Origin: Candidatus Bathyarchaeia archaeon
GTDB taxonomy: Archaea > Thermoproteota > Bathyarchaeia > Bathyarchaeales > Bathycorpusculaceae
Reading direction: 5' to 3'
Assembly: GCA_038882955.1 (NCBI GenBank)
Contig: JAVZNC010000001.1
Location: forward strand, 309,775-373,774
DNA: 64,000 nt
Part shown: in pieces, positions 38,306 through 47,821 of the stretch
Layout of the letters: each line of letters starts with the position of its first letter
Numbering within the stretch: position 1 is the first letter of the stretch
Notes under the pieces: generated by a model
Seen by the model: the letters and a program-made list of their open reading frames with translations, nothing else
Databases searched by the model: none
What the model was told of the DNA's origin: nothing
Program-made: the position numbers and the translations under genes

Positions 38306-39415
38306 CTAAATTGGCTTCAGCACAGTCTTAAAGCCAGTTCCGGTGAGAACAACAACTGCATCCTCGCCTTTTTGTGCTTCACCGCTTTCAAGTTGCTTTT
38401 TGTAGGCTGCATAGGCAATGGCGGAGCTTGGCTCAACAAAGAAACCTATCCTCGCAAGCTCAACAAAAGTGTCAAATATTTCGTTCTCCTCGACCAGAAC
38501 AGCGTCTCCATCAGCTTCTTTCAGGCTTTTAACCATAACATTCAAAAGGGGTGGATTGACGCTAACCAAGGCGTCCGCGATGGAAGTTATCCGTTTAGGC
38601 GGAACATACGGCAGATTTTTGAATTTGTGGTATAAAGGCGAAACTTGCCTTGTTTGACAAGCCGCAATTTTAGGCATAGCCTCAATCACTCCAGAATCAA
38701 GTAGATGCTTGAACCCATCTATAACGCCCAAGAGAAGGGTTCCAGCGGAAACTGGCAAGTAAATCCTTTCGGGAACACGCCAATCAAACTGCTCAGCAAT
38801 TTCGTACGCGAGGCTCCTTATTCCATCCCTAAAAAGCGGATGAAGGATGTGCCCAACATAGACCTTGCCGCGTTCAGCCTTCTGCGCCTCTTCGGCTACT
38901 CGGCTTCGGCTGCCAGAAACCTTTACGACCTCAGCGCCATAAAATTTTATCTGGTTAAACTTTGGTCCAGAGACATTTTCTGGAACGTAAATTTTCGCTT
39001 TTAACCCAGCACGTGCAGCATAAGCGGCGATTGAGGCGCCAGCGTTGCCAGAAGAATCCTCGGAAATATGGCCATCCGCCTTTTTGATTAGTTTGCGCAG
39101 CGTTGATATGAGGACTGTGGAGCCCCTATCTTTAAAGGAGCCAGTGGGGTTAAGGTTCTCAAGCTTAAAATGCAAGTTTCTGGAAAATTTGACGAGAGGC
39201 GTCCAACCTTCACCCAAAGTTATTATTTTTCCGCCATCTACGTAGGGGAAGAACTTCGCGTAGCGCCATAAACTGTGGCGTTTCTTCCGAATCCATCCAG
39301 TTTCAAAGTTTATGTTCATATAAATGGTAAGTGGACTTCCACAAGAAGAACACTTAAACTCTAATAAGTTATTCGAAGAGCGGTTGCAGACTGAACATTT
39401 AACCGCATAACTCAT
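38306..39415 (-). CDS. threonine synthase-like PLP enzyme
   Basis: N-terminal Zn ribbon, LGEGWTPL, NPTGSFKDRG, DSSGNAG, VEPSSA. Confidence 0.8.
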   Translation of the reverse strand: MSYAVKCSVCNRSSNNLLEFKCSSCGSPLTIYMNINFETGWIRKKRHSLWRYAKFFPYVDGGKIITLGEGWTPLVKFSRNLHFKLENLNPTGSFKDRGSTVLISTLRKLIKKADGHISEDSSGNAGASIAAYAARAGLKAKIYVPENVSGPKFNQIKFYGAEVVKVSGSRSRVAEEAQKAERGKVYVGHILHPLFRDGIRSLAYEIAEQFDWRVPERIYLPVSAGTLLLGVIDGFKHLLDSGVIEAMPKIAACQTRQVSPLYHKFKNLPYVPPKRITSIADALVSVNPPLLNVMVKSLKEADGDAVLVEENEIFDTFVELARIGFFVEPSSAIAYAAYKKQLESGEAQKGEDAVVVLTGTGFKTVLKPI

Positions 39416-39526
39416 AGACAAGCCTCTGCTGCTGTATGTTGAAGTATAGTTGGATAAGAAGATTATTTTTGCATTCCCACTCAACTTAAATATGCAGGGT
39501 TTTAAACTTTAAGTGGGGCGGTAGAT

Positions 39527-41317
39527 TTGAACCTGTTTGTACTGCTGTTAATATGGGCTTTTGTGTGGTACATCCCGATTCCGCCAAGGAAATTCAGCTG
39601 GAAATCCCCCGCCAGATTTGTTTCGCTCTTTTTAGGATTATTCATTTTCTTCATAATTCAGTTTTCACGCACACCCCTAAGCATTTCCATATACATACTC
39701 ATATTCACAAGGGCTTTTGCGGCGCTTGTTGAATCAGCATTCTCTTTAAAGCGTTTGGAAGAAGAAGGCGCAACAGAACACCTTTACCCACGCCATCGTG
39801 TTCCACTGAAATTGTCTCCGAAGGTTAGAGGAAAAATCATTGCAGCCCTATTTCTGATATATTTGCTTTCGGTTTCTTTGGCTGTTGTTTTCTGGCAAGT
39901 TCAAAGGGTGGCAAATGCTGCGTACTTTAACAGTTTCATAACGTTTAAAGGCTCAGAGTTGCCCTTCAGCGAGGAAATCCCAGACGGCATGGTTCGTTTG
40001 GTAACAAAAGAGTTGGCAGTGTCAATTGCACGTAGGCATATGTCGGAGTTTGGCAGCAACATGCGTGTCTTAGACTGTCACATAACAAAATCGCCAGAAG
40101 GAAAGCTTGTTTGGATTGCAGTCATAGGCTCGACAAACGTGCTAGCAGAAAACTACGTTAAAGGATTCGTTATAATAGATGCAACAGACCCATCTGCACC
40201 ACCAGAAACGCTGCATGCAGAATTTGCCGTCGGAGAAAATTTGTGGTGGGACCACAACATCCACTTCCGCTCTTATATGATGGACACTTCGCAAAGCTAT
40301 GGCGTGGCATATGCAACATGGGACTCGACAGCAAACGAAATAGTGTATGTTTTAACACGCTACAATGTTGGTTTTGACCTCATAAGGAGATATGAAAAAC
40401 CCATAATCTATGATTCGCAAGGCAACTTGAGATATGACGGAAACGATTTGTACATAGTCCCCGACTGGATTACGCAGGTTTACGATGAAGATTGGCTTGA
40501 AGAAATGATAAACGAGATGGGATGCTTCAGAAGAGGAGAGAGCTTTGACTATTGGGCTGGAGGCTTCTTATGGATAATACCGCCAAGCCGCGAACGCTTC
40601 CAAATGACAGAGGACACGCGATATGTTTTAGACCCAGGAACAAGGGACATGGTGGCAATTATCTGCGTTAACCCCTACGGAAACCAGCGGACACTTGCTG
40701 GCGTCTTCAAAGCCGCACGTGAAGGCATATTCTTTTACGATTACAGGCTAAACAACTACATATCTGGCATGACGGCGGAAGACATTGTGGAAGGAAAACT
40801 GCCAAAACCAGCTGCTGGAATCTACTACGCGGAAATGCCACTGTTATACCCAGTTAACGTTTCTAATACTTATAGGCTCGCATGGTATGTGCCGATTTAT
40901 TGGCGTGAAGGCACAGGCGAACCAGATGAAACCATTTACTTGGCTGGATTTGCGATTGTGGATGCCTTGGAAACAAGCAAAATGGTGATAAACATGATGA
41001 CTGAGAGATTAACAAGCACGCAACTAGTGAGCAAAACACGCCTAGATTTTATGAAACTTTTCGGTGCAATAACATACGTCGAACTTCACGAAACTGTCCG
41101 AGACAAATACGAGTACGTTGAAGATGGAACAACACACATAGTCCTACAATTATACAACGAAACCTACCAGTGGATTGAGGCAACACCCAAAGACTTGCAA
41201 ACTGACCAATGGAACGAGTTAATGGCAACAAAAAGCGGAGACAACGTCGCCATGCGCATTGAACAGAGGGAAGATAAATGGATAATAGTTTATTTTGACA
41301 ATTTGAACATACCGTGA
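39527..41317 (+). CDS. hypothetical membrane protein with large soluble domain
   Basis: About 4 N-terminal hydrophobic helices followed by ~470 aa rich in aromatic residues. Confidence 0.75.
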   Translation: MNLFVLLLIWAFVWYIPIPPRKFSWKSPARFVSLFLGLFIFFIIQFSRTPLSISIYILIFTRAFAALVESAFSLKRLEEEGATEHLYPRHRVPLKLSPKVRGKIIAALFLIYLLSVSLAVVFWQVQRVANAAYFNSFITFKGSELPFSEEIPDGMVRLVTKELAVSIARRHMSEFGSNMRVLDCHITKSPEGKLVWIAVIGSTNVLAENYVKGFVIIDATDPSAPPETLHAEFAVGENLWWDHNIHFRSYMMDTSQSYGVAYATWDSTANEIVYVLTRYNVGFDLIRRYEKPIIYDSQGNLRYDGNDLYIVPDWITQVYDEDWLEEMINEMGCFRRGESFDYWAGGFLWIIPPSRERFQMTEDTRYVLDPGTRDMVAIICVNPYGNQRTLAGVFKAAREGIFFYDYRLNNYISGMTAEDIVEGKLPKPAAGIYYAEMPLLYPVNVSNTYRLAWYVPIYWREGTGEPDETIYLAGFAIVDALETSKMVINMMTERLTSTQLVSKTRLDFMKLFGAITYVELHETVRDKYEYVEDGTTHIVLQLYNETYQWIEATPKDLQTDQWNELMATKSGDNVAMRIEQREDKWIIVYFDNLNIP

Positions 41318-41331
41318 TACTGATTAAGCAT

Positions 41332-41835
41332 TTAATAAACTGAAACCTTGGCTACGCCATTAACCTTCAGAAACTTCGGGATAAGCTCGCCGGGAATTTT
41401 CTTTTCAACGATTAACGTAAGTTTGGGCTCAGGAGAAAGCTCAGGGTCATCCACGATAGCTTGACGAATGCTCAAGCCATATTCAGCCAGTATCAAAGCC
41501 GAATTAGCTAATATGCCAGGTATCCTTGCATCAACAGGTGTTATTTCCAAGACGCCAAAGTTTAAGTGTTTCGCGATTTCTTGTAGGGAGTGCCCCGCGT
41601 TTCTCAATCCCTCAAAGATTTGGCGAAGTTCACGGTTCGCGTTGATAGTCTTTAGCGTCTCGTTTACTGTTCGTCTGTCCACTCCAGCGGCTCGCGCCAC
41701 TCGGATTGGTGGAATCTCGATTTCGTTTAGGAAAATTTTTGTGTTTTTCACGCTTAGTCCATTTTCTACGAGGACTCGCGCAACTTTCAGTCTTTCTGGA
41801 TGGTTTTCCAGGTATTTTTTGATAGCGTTCCACAT
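41332..41835 (-). CDS. trpY: TrpY-like HTH-ACT regulator (COG2150)
   Basis: VARAAGVDRRTV HTH; PGILA...SIRQAIVDDPE ACT domain; divergent from trpB2 with TGTACA boxes. Confidence 0.75.
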   Translation of the reverse strand: MWNAIKKYLENHPERLKVARVLVENGLSVKNTKIFLNEIEIPPIRVARAAGVDRRTVNETLKTINANRELRQIFEGLRNAGHSLQEIAKHLNFGVLEITPVDARIPGILANSALILAEYGLSIRQAIVDDPELSPEPKLTLIVEKKIPGELIPKFLKVNGVAKVSVY

Positions 41836-41851
41836 GTTCCAATTCTCCTTA

Positions 41852-41937
41852 TGTACATTTTTGTGCAATAAAGTATAAATATGTTCGTGTATTCAAATGT
41901 ATGATAACGTACATAAAAGAACAAAAAGGCACGTACG
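41852..41937. promoter_or_regulatory. TRP-box array in the divergent trpY/trpB2 promoter
   Basis: TGTACA(41852)-N4-TGTGCA; TGTATG(41898)-N4-CGTACA; CGTACG(41932); the TrpY TRP box consensus is TGTACA. Confidence 0.7.
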
Positions 41938-41950
41938 GGAGCTGAAAAGG

Positions 41951-43306
41951 ATGAGGAGCAGCACAAAAGAATGCTTCATCTCTCTTAGCCCAGACGAAAT
42001 CCCAGAAAAATGGTACAACATACAAGCAGACTTGCCAGAACCATTACCGCCACCATTAGACCCAACAACAATGCAACCAATAAGCCCACAAGTTCTAGAA
42101 AGGATATTCGCAAAAGAGCTGATAAGGCAAGAGGTCTCCACAGAACGCTTCATAAAAATACCAGACGAAGTTTTGGACGCGTATCTAAGGCTTCCAAGAC
42201 CAACGCCGCTGTACCGCGCAAGAAGACTTGAACAATACTTGAAGACTCCAGCACGCATATACTTTAAATGCGAAAACTTCAGCCCAACTGGAAGCCACAA
42301 AACAAACACGGCGCTCGCACAAGCATACTACAACAAGACACAAGGAATAAAGAGGCTCGTAACAGAAACTGGGGCTGGACAATGGGGCACAGCATTAGCT
42401 TTTTCATGCACAATTTTCGGATTAAAATGCCGCATATACATGGTCCGAGCAAGCTATCAACAAAAGCCGGGAAGAAGAATAATAGCGCAAGTCTACGGTG
42501 CAGAAATGTTCCCATCGCCAAGCGACCAAACAAACTTCGGAAAGAAACTCCTTAAAGAAAATCCAAACCATCCAGGAACGCTTGGCATAGCCATAACAGA
42601 GGCTATTGAAGACACGTTAACAAATGAGGATACGCGGTATTCTTTGGGTTCAGTGCTGAACCATGTCCTAATGCACCAGACAATAATAGGGTTAGAAGCA
42701 AAGAAGCAGTTTGAGATTATAGGCGAATATCCCGACGTCGTTTGCGGTTGCATAGGCGGAGGCTCAAACTACGCTGGTTTCTGCTTCCCATTCATGATGG
42801 ACAAGCTCAAAGGCAAAACAGAAACAGAGTTCGTTGCTTGCGAATCGAAAGCCGTGCCGCACACCACAAAGGGCGTTTACACATATGATTATGGCGATAC
42901 AGGCGAGATGACACCGTTACTTAAAATGTTAACAATCGGTCATGGCTATGCTTGTCCACCGATTCATGCGGGTGGCTTAAGATATCACGGAATGGCGCCA
43001 CTAATATCTTACCTAATCCATAAGGAGTACATGCGCTCGTTCGCCTACAGTCAAACAGAAATTTTCCAAGCAGCCCAAATTTTGGCGCAGACAGAAGGCT
43101 TAATAATAGCTCCAGAAACCGCGCACAGCCTAAAATTCGTAATAGAAGAAGCCTTGAACTGCAAACGAACAAAAGAGGAGAAAGTTATCGCAATGAACTA
43201 CAGCGGACACGGCTTACTTGACCTGTCAGCGTATGAGCAATTCCTTTCGGGTAAGCTTGTCGATTATGAACCCGAAAAAATCGAAGTTCCTGTTCTTAAA
43301 CGTTGA
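41951..43306 (+). CDS. trpB2: tryptophan synthase beta, TrpB2 type
   Basis: IPEKWYNIQADLP, SPTGSHKTN, TETGAGQWG, GSVLNHV, GGGSN, IHAGGLRYHG, SGHGLLD. Confidence 0.93.
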   Translation: MRSSTKECFISLSPDEIPEKWYNIQADLPEPLPPPLDPTTMQPISPQVLERIFAKELIRQEVSTERFIKIPDEVLDAYLRLPRPTPLYRARRLEQYLKTPARIYFKCENFSPTGSHKTNTALAQAYYNKTQGIKRLVTETGAGQWGTALAFSCTIFGLKCRIYMVRASYQQKPGRRIIAQVYGAEMFPSPSDQTNFGKKLLKENPNHPGTLGIAITEAIEDTLTNEDTRYSLGSVLNHVLMHQTIIGLEAKKQFEIIGEYPDVVCGCIGGGSNYAGFCFPFMMDKLKGKTETEFVACESKAVPHTTKGVYTYDYGDTGEMTPLLKMLTIGHGYACPPIHAGGLRYHGMAPLISYLIHKEYMRSFAYSQTEIFQAAQILAQTEGLIIAPETAHSLKFVIEEALNCKRTKEEKVIAMNYSGHGLLDLSAYEQFLSGKLVDYEPEKIEVPVLKR

Positions 43307-43317
43307 CGGTGAAATAA

Positions 43318-43959
43318 TTGACGTCGACAACACTAGAGAAAAAAGCGGATTTAAAGGTGGTTGTGCTGCTCATAGATGAGCTAAAACCGCATGAAAAAGG
43401 TTCGCCGCTTTATCTTGAAATTCTTAAACAAGAAATAACCAGAGACGGAGTGCTAAAATATCCAATAATAGCAGACGAAAAGACACACGTGATACTTGAT
43501 GGAATGCACCGCTGGCTCGCCCTCAAAAACATGGGCTACACGCTCATACCAACAATACTCGTGGACACAAGCAAAAATCCGAGGATACGCGTGGGAAGAA
43601 GAAAAATCCATCGGTACGTCTGCAACCAAGACGTGGAAATACCAATTGAAGAAGTCATATCAGCTGGAATCAGCGGACACCTAATGAAACCCCGTTCAAC
43701 AAGACATTTCTTTCCATTTTCAAAGTTTCAGCAAATAAATTATCCGTTAAATTTGCTGAAAAGGGACAGCCCAAAAGATGTTTCAGAATACCTTGAAAAA
43801 ATGACGGAGGAAGAGTGCAAACTCGCCATAAAAGAATGGCTGGAAGAAATGATTGAGGAACTGGATTTCCTAACGAAGCGAAGGGAAGAAGTGGAAAAGG
43901 AAATTGGCGATTTCTTACGCAGAGTTAAAAGCATAAACAACAACTTCCTAAAACCCTAA
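43318..43959 (+). CDS. ParB/Srx-fold protein, SerK/SbnI-like free serine kinase candidate
   Basis: LKPHE, YPIIAD..ILDGMHRW, PRSTRH motifs; 11 bp after trpB2. Confidence 0.65.
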   Translation: MTSTTLEKKADLKVVVLLIDELKPHEKGSPLYLEILKQEITRDGVLKYPIIADEKTHVILDGMHRWLALKNMGYTLIPTILVDTSKNPRIRVGRRKIHRYVCNQDVEIPIEEVISAGISGHLMKPRSTRHFFPFSKFQQINYPLNLLKRDSPKDVSEYLEKMTEEECKLAIKEWLEEMIEELDFLTKRREEVEKEIGDFLRRVKSINNNFLKP

Positions 43960-44040
43960 ATTTTCCATGCTTTTATCAGCAAGCCGAAACGAAATTATTT
44001 AACATAGGGAAACGCACTAGGTTTTTGGCAAGGTGATTCC

Positions 44041-45144
44041 ATGATTCCAATTAACTCTCCACAAATTGGAAAAGAGGAAATAGAAGCCGTCATCAAAGTT
44101 CTTGAAAGCGGCATTCTAACGCATGGACTTGGCGCTGGTCCAATAGTTTCAAGATTTGAAAAAGCCTATGCGGATTTTGTAAAAGCAAAACATGCAATTG
44201 CGGTGAACTCTGGAACGGCAGCTCTACACTTGGCGGTTGCTGCTGCTGGCGTAAAACCAGGAGACGAAGTTATAGTGCCAAGCTTTACCTTCGTGGCAAC
44301 AGCTGAAGTGATAGCTGCATCAGGAGCCAAACCAGTGTTCGTGGACATTGACCCAGAAACATACAACATTTCCGCAGAAGAAATCGAGAAGACAATAACA
44401 AAAAAAACTAAAGCAATAGTGCCAGTTGACCTTTACGGTTTGCCGGCAGATATGAAACCGATAAGGGAAATCGCCGACAAACATGGACTAAAAATTATCG
44501 AAGACGCTGCTCAAGCTCATGGCGCAGCATACATGGGAAAACCGCCTGGAACATTTGCCGACATCGCTTGCTGGAGCTTCTATGCAAGCAAAAACATGAC
44601 AACCGGCGAAGGAGGAATGATAACAACCAATGATGATGAGTTGGCGAATAAAATCCGTTCAATGAGAAGCCACGGCGAAGTTGAAAAATACATGTCCGTT
44701 ATGCTAGGTTACAATTACCGCATGCCGGAAATTGAAGCCGCAATAGGCTGTGTTCAGCTTAAGCGGTTACCAGAATTTCTGGAAAAAAGAAGAAAAAACG
44801 CGGAGAAACTCGCAGAAAAACTTGAAAATGCAGACTGCTTACAGTTGCCAAAAGAGCCAAAAAGGTATAGGCATAGCTGGTACTTATTCACTGTTAGGTG
44901 GAAAGACTCGAAAAGGGCAGAAAGGGACAAACTTGTTGCAGAACTAAAGCACGAGGGCATAGGCGCAGAAGTTTACTATTCAAATCCAATACACATGATG
45001 CCATTTTACAAAAAATTCATGAGGCGAAAGCTTCCACAAACAGAAAAGGCTTCTGAGCAAGTTTTTTCGCTTCCAGTTCACCCTGGTGTAACAGCGGAAC
45101 AATTAGACTTTATAGGCGAAACAGTTTTACGTTTACTGGGGTAG
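44041..45144 (+). CDS. DegT/DnrJ/EryC1/StrS aminotransferase
   Basis: NSGTAALH, FTFVAT, EDAAQAHGA, SFYASKNMTTGEGG. Confidence 0.93.
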   Translation: MIPINSPQIGKEEIEAVIKVLESGILTHGLGAGPIVSRFEKAYADFVKAKHAIAVNSGTAALHLAVAAAGVKPGDEVIVPSFTFVATAEVIAASGAKPVFVDIDPETYNISAEEIEKTITKKTKAIVPVDLYGLPADMKPIREIADKHGLKIIEDAAQAHGAAYMGKPPGTFADIACWSFYASKNMTTGEGGMITTNDDELANKIRSMRSHGEVEKYMSVMLGYNYRMPEIEAAIGCVQLKRLPEFLEKRRKNAEKLAEKLENADCLQLPKEPKRYRHSWYLFTVRWKDSKRAERDKLVAELKHEGIGAEVYYSNPIHMMPFYKKFMRRKLPQTEKASEQVFSLPVHPGVTAEQLDFIGETVLRLLG

Positions 45145-45218
45145 CTAGCCACGTTAAGGTTTATATGGAATGAAACGCGTAGTATTAAACCCTCACCGTT
45201 TTAGAAGGGGGACCTCTT

Positions 45219-46547
45219 ATGAAAAAGAAAGTTATTATAATGGGTGCAGCGGGCAGAGATTTCCACAATTTTAACGTTTACTTTAGAAACAACGACGCCT
45301 ATGAAGTTGTTGCCTTCACCGCCACACAGATTCCAGGAATAGAAGGCAGAGTATACCCCTCCGAGCTTGCAGGACCAAACTATCCCAGAGGAATACCAAT
45401 ATATCCGGAAGAAAAACTGCCAGCTCTAATAAAAGAGCATAATGTTGACGAGGTTATCTTCGCATATAGTGACGTCTCACATGAATATGTGATGCACAAG
45501 GCATCAATAGCCTTGTCCTGCGGAGCGGATTTCCGCCTAATGGGACCAAAGACAACAATGTTAGAGGCAAAAGTTCCAGTCGTGTCTGTTGGCGCTATCA
45601 GGACTGGTTCCGGAAAAAGCCAAACTTCAAGGCAAGTCGCGAAAATTTTGAAAAACAAGGGGTTAAGGGTTGTTGTGATTCGTCATCCAATGCCATACGG
45701 TGACCTCAGAAAACAGGTTTGTCAACGTTTTGCTTCATATGAAGATCTGGACAAGCATAATTGCACGATTGAGGAAAGAGAAGAATATGAGCCGCACATT
45801 GACAATGGCATTATAGTTTATGCAGGAGTTGACTACGAAAAGATTCTGCGTGAAGCAGAGAAGGAAGCAGATGTTATAGTTTGGGATGGAGGCAACAACG
45901 ACTTAACATTCTACAAGCCAGACCTACATATAGTTGTGGTTGATCCGCATCGCCCTGGGCACGAAGTCACTTATCATCCAGGTGAGGCAAATCTTCGAAT
46001 GGCAAATGTTGTTATCGTAAATAAGGTGGATACTGCTGACCCGCAAAACGTGAAGCGCGTGAAAGAAAACATTAAAATGGTTAATCCAAACGCCATAGTT
46101 TTAGATGCTGCCTCACCGATAACCGTTGACAATCCAGAGTTGGTTAAGGGCAAAAGAGCACTAGTTATCGAAGATGGTCCAACATTAACGCACGGCGACA
46201 TGCCATACGGAGCAGCAACAATAATCACACAGAGGCTTGGCGCAAGCGAAATCGTCAATCCAAAACCATATGCCGTTGGCTCAATAAAAAAGGCATACGA
46301 GAAATATACGCATATTGGTGGGATACTCCCAGCATTAGGCTATGGAGAAAAACAAATAGCTGAACTGAAGGAAACAATAGAGCGCACGCCATGCGACGTC
46401 GTAGTCATCGGGACGCCCATAGACCTTAGAAGAGTAACAACCATAAGCAAGCCAACCGTTAGGGTGAAGTATGAACTCCAAGTTCTCGGGCCGGTCTCGC
46501 TTGAGCAAGTGCTGGATGACTTCCTTCGAAGGAGTAAGAAGCCATGA
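45219..46547 (+). CDS. arcE: arginine synthetase ArcE-like (cDPGS/GTPase family)
   Basis: GAAGRDFHNFN, ATQIP, RTGSGKSQ, RHPMPYGDL, EEREEYE, WDGGNND, EDGPT. Confidence 0.7.
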   Translation: MKKKVIIMGAAGRDFHNFNVYFRNNDAYEVVAFTATQIPGIEGRVYPSELAGPNYPRGIPIYPEEKLPALIKEHNVDEVIFAYSDVSHEYVMHKASIALSCGADFRLMGPKTTMLEAKVPVVSVGAIRTGSGKSQTSRQVAKILKNKGLRVVVIRHPMPYGDLRKQVCQRFASYEDLDKHNCTIEEREEYEPHIDNGIIVYAGVDYEKILREAEKEADVIVWDGGNNDLTFYKPDLHIVVVDPHRPGHEVTYHPGEANLRMANVVIVNKVDTADPQNVKRVKENIKMVNPNAIVLDAASPITVDNPELVKGKRALVIEDGPTLTHGDMPYGAATIITQRLGASEIVNPKPYAVGSIKKAYEKYTHIGGILPALGYGEKQIAELKETIERTPCDVVVIGTPIDLRRVTTISKPTVRVKYELQVLGPVSLEQVLDDFLRRSKKP

Positions 46548-46930
46548 GTAATGAAGAAAAGGCGATTTCAAGGGTAAAGATAAGGTTTGTAATCGAAGGG
46601 TTAGGTGAGGCGGAAGGCGAGTTAGTGCGCTTTCTGTCGCCTAGAACGGTGGACATGATAGTTAGGAAGCTTCCGATAGAGGGAAGAGCAGCCCTATGGA
46701 AAGAGGAAGTCTACTTCGAAACTCCAGTGAAGATGGGGGAGGAAAAGGCTAAGGGAACTGTCGAAAAGGGTACAATAGCCTTCTGGCCCATGGGCAGTGC
46801 TATATGCGTTTTTTATGGGGAATCCCAGCCATACAGTCCAGTTAACATTCTTGGAAAAGTTACTGAGAACCTTGAGATTTTCAGCAAGGTTAAGAGTGGA
46901 ACAAAGATTAGGGTTGAACTAGTAAACTAG
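46544..46930 (+). CDS. cyclophilin-like fold protein (DUF369)
   Basis: WKEEVYF, GTIAFWPMGSAICVFYG, PVNILG. Confidence 0.8.
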   Translation: MSNEEKAISRVKIRFVIEGLGEAEGELVRFLSPRTVDMIVRKLPIEGRAALWKEEVYFETPVKMGEEKAKGTVEKGTIAFWPMGSAICVFYGESQPYSPVNILGKVTENLEIFSKVKSGTKIRVELVN

Positions 46931-47398
46931 TGAGCTTTCGCTCCAGAGTTTTAGAAGCCTCTCGCATTCTTCTTTTACTTCTTTGTTGCGGCTTTTCCTC
47001 TTTAAGGCTTCTAGGAATTCTATGCGCTTTTCAACGGAGCGCTTTTCAGCCGTTCCTCCATAATAGAGTTTGCATTCGAGATATTCCTTCATGTGGTTGG
47101 CTTTTTGCACGAAGAGGCTTGCAGCGTCAACGGGGTTTTCAACAGCATACTTGTTAGCCCATATTGCGGCTTCGGATTCCCTAAGCTGGGTTAAGCCGTC
47201 AATCTCGATTATGCGGTGAATGTAAGTTCTCAAAAAATCGTGGTAACCTGCGGTTTTAACGAGTTTAAGCGCTTCCTTCACCTTTTGCTTGAAGGCTTGG
47301 CTTCCATGCGTTACCAAATGGTGCTTGTAACCTTTGTCGATCAACTCTTTGGCTTTTTTGACTTCCTCATATGTGTAAACTCTTTTTGGAAACTCCAA
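46919..47398 (-). CDS. hypothetical protein
   Basis: 159-aa ORF directly downstream of rps25e. Confidence 0.7.
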   Translation of the reverse strand: MEFPKRVYTYEEVKKAKELIDKGYKHHLVTHGSQAFKQKVKEALKLVKTAGYHDFLRTYIHRIIEIDGLTQLRESEAAIWANKYAVENPVDAASLFVQKANHMKEYLECKLYYGGTAEKRSVEKRIEFLEALKRKSRNKEVKEECERLLKLWSESSLVY

Positions 47399-47434
47399 TT
47401 AGAACCGGAACCCCAAAAAGAAAAGAGACTATAA

Positions 47435-47773
47435 CTAACCTACTGGCTTGTATATTTTAATGTCGTGGTTTCCAGAGACAAGCTGAACTATGCCGTTTTC
47501 CTCTAGCTGCTCAAGAAAGTCCTTTGCCACGCTTATTCTCATGTTAAAGCGTGTGGCAACCGTGTATGGAGTTAAAACTGGCATCTTTTTTAATTCGCCT
47601 ATTATCTTCTCGTTTTTTGGGTCTGGAGGAATGATGTCCGAAGCACGCTTATCTTTTGACGGTGCCGCTGCCTTCTCCTTTTTCTTCTTTTCTTTTTCCT
47701 CTTCATCCTTCTTTGCCTGCATGCGTTCCATCTGTTTTAGGCTAAGCTTCTTTTTTCCACCCATGATTTTCAA
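47435..47773 (-). CDS. rps25e: 30S ribosomal protein eS25
   Basis: MGGKKKLS Lys-rich N-terminus; VLTPYTVATRFNMRISVAK...IYK winged helix. Confidence 0.88.
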   Translation of the reverse strand: MKIMGGKKKLSLKQMERMQAKKDEEEKEKKKKEKAAAPSKDKRASDIIPPDPKNEKIIGELKKMPVLTPYTVATRFNMRISVAKDFLEQLEENGIVQLVSGNHDIKIYKPVG

Positions 47774-47821
47774 CTTCCATCAGAAAGAGAGTGTTCTCGC
47801 TGTTTTTATGGTTTTCCTATT

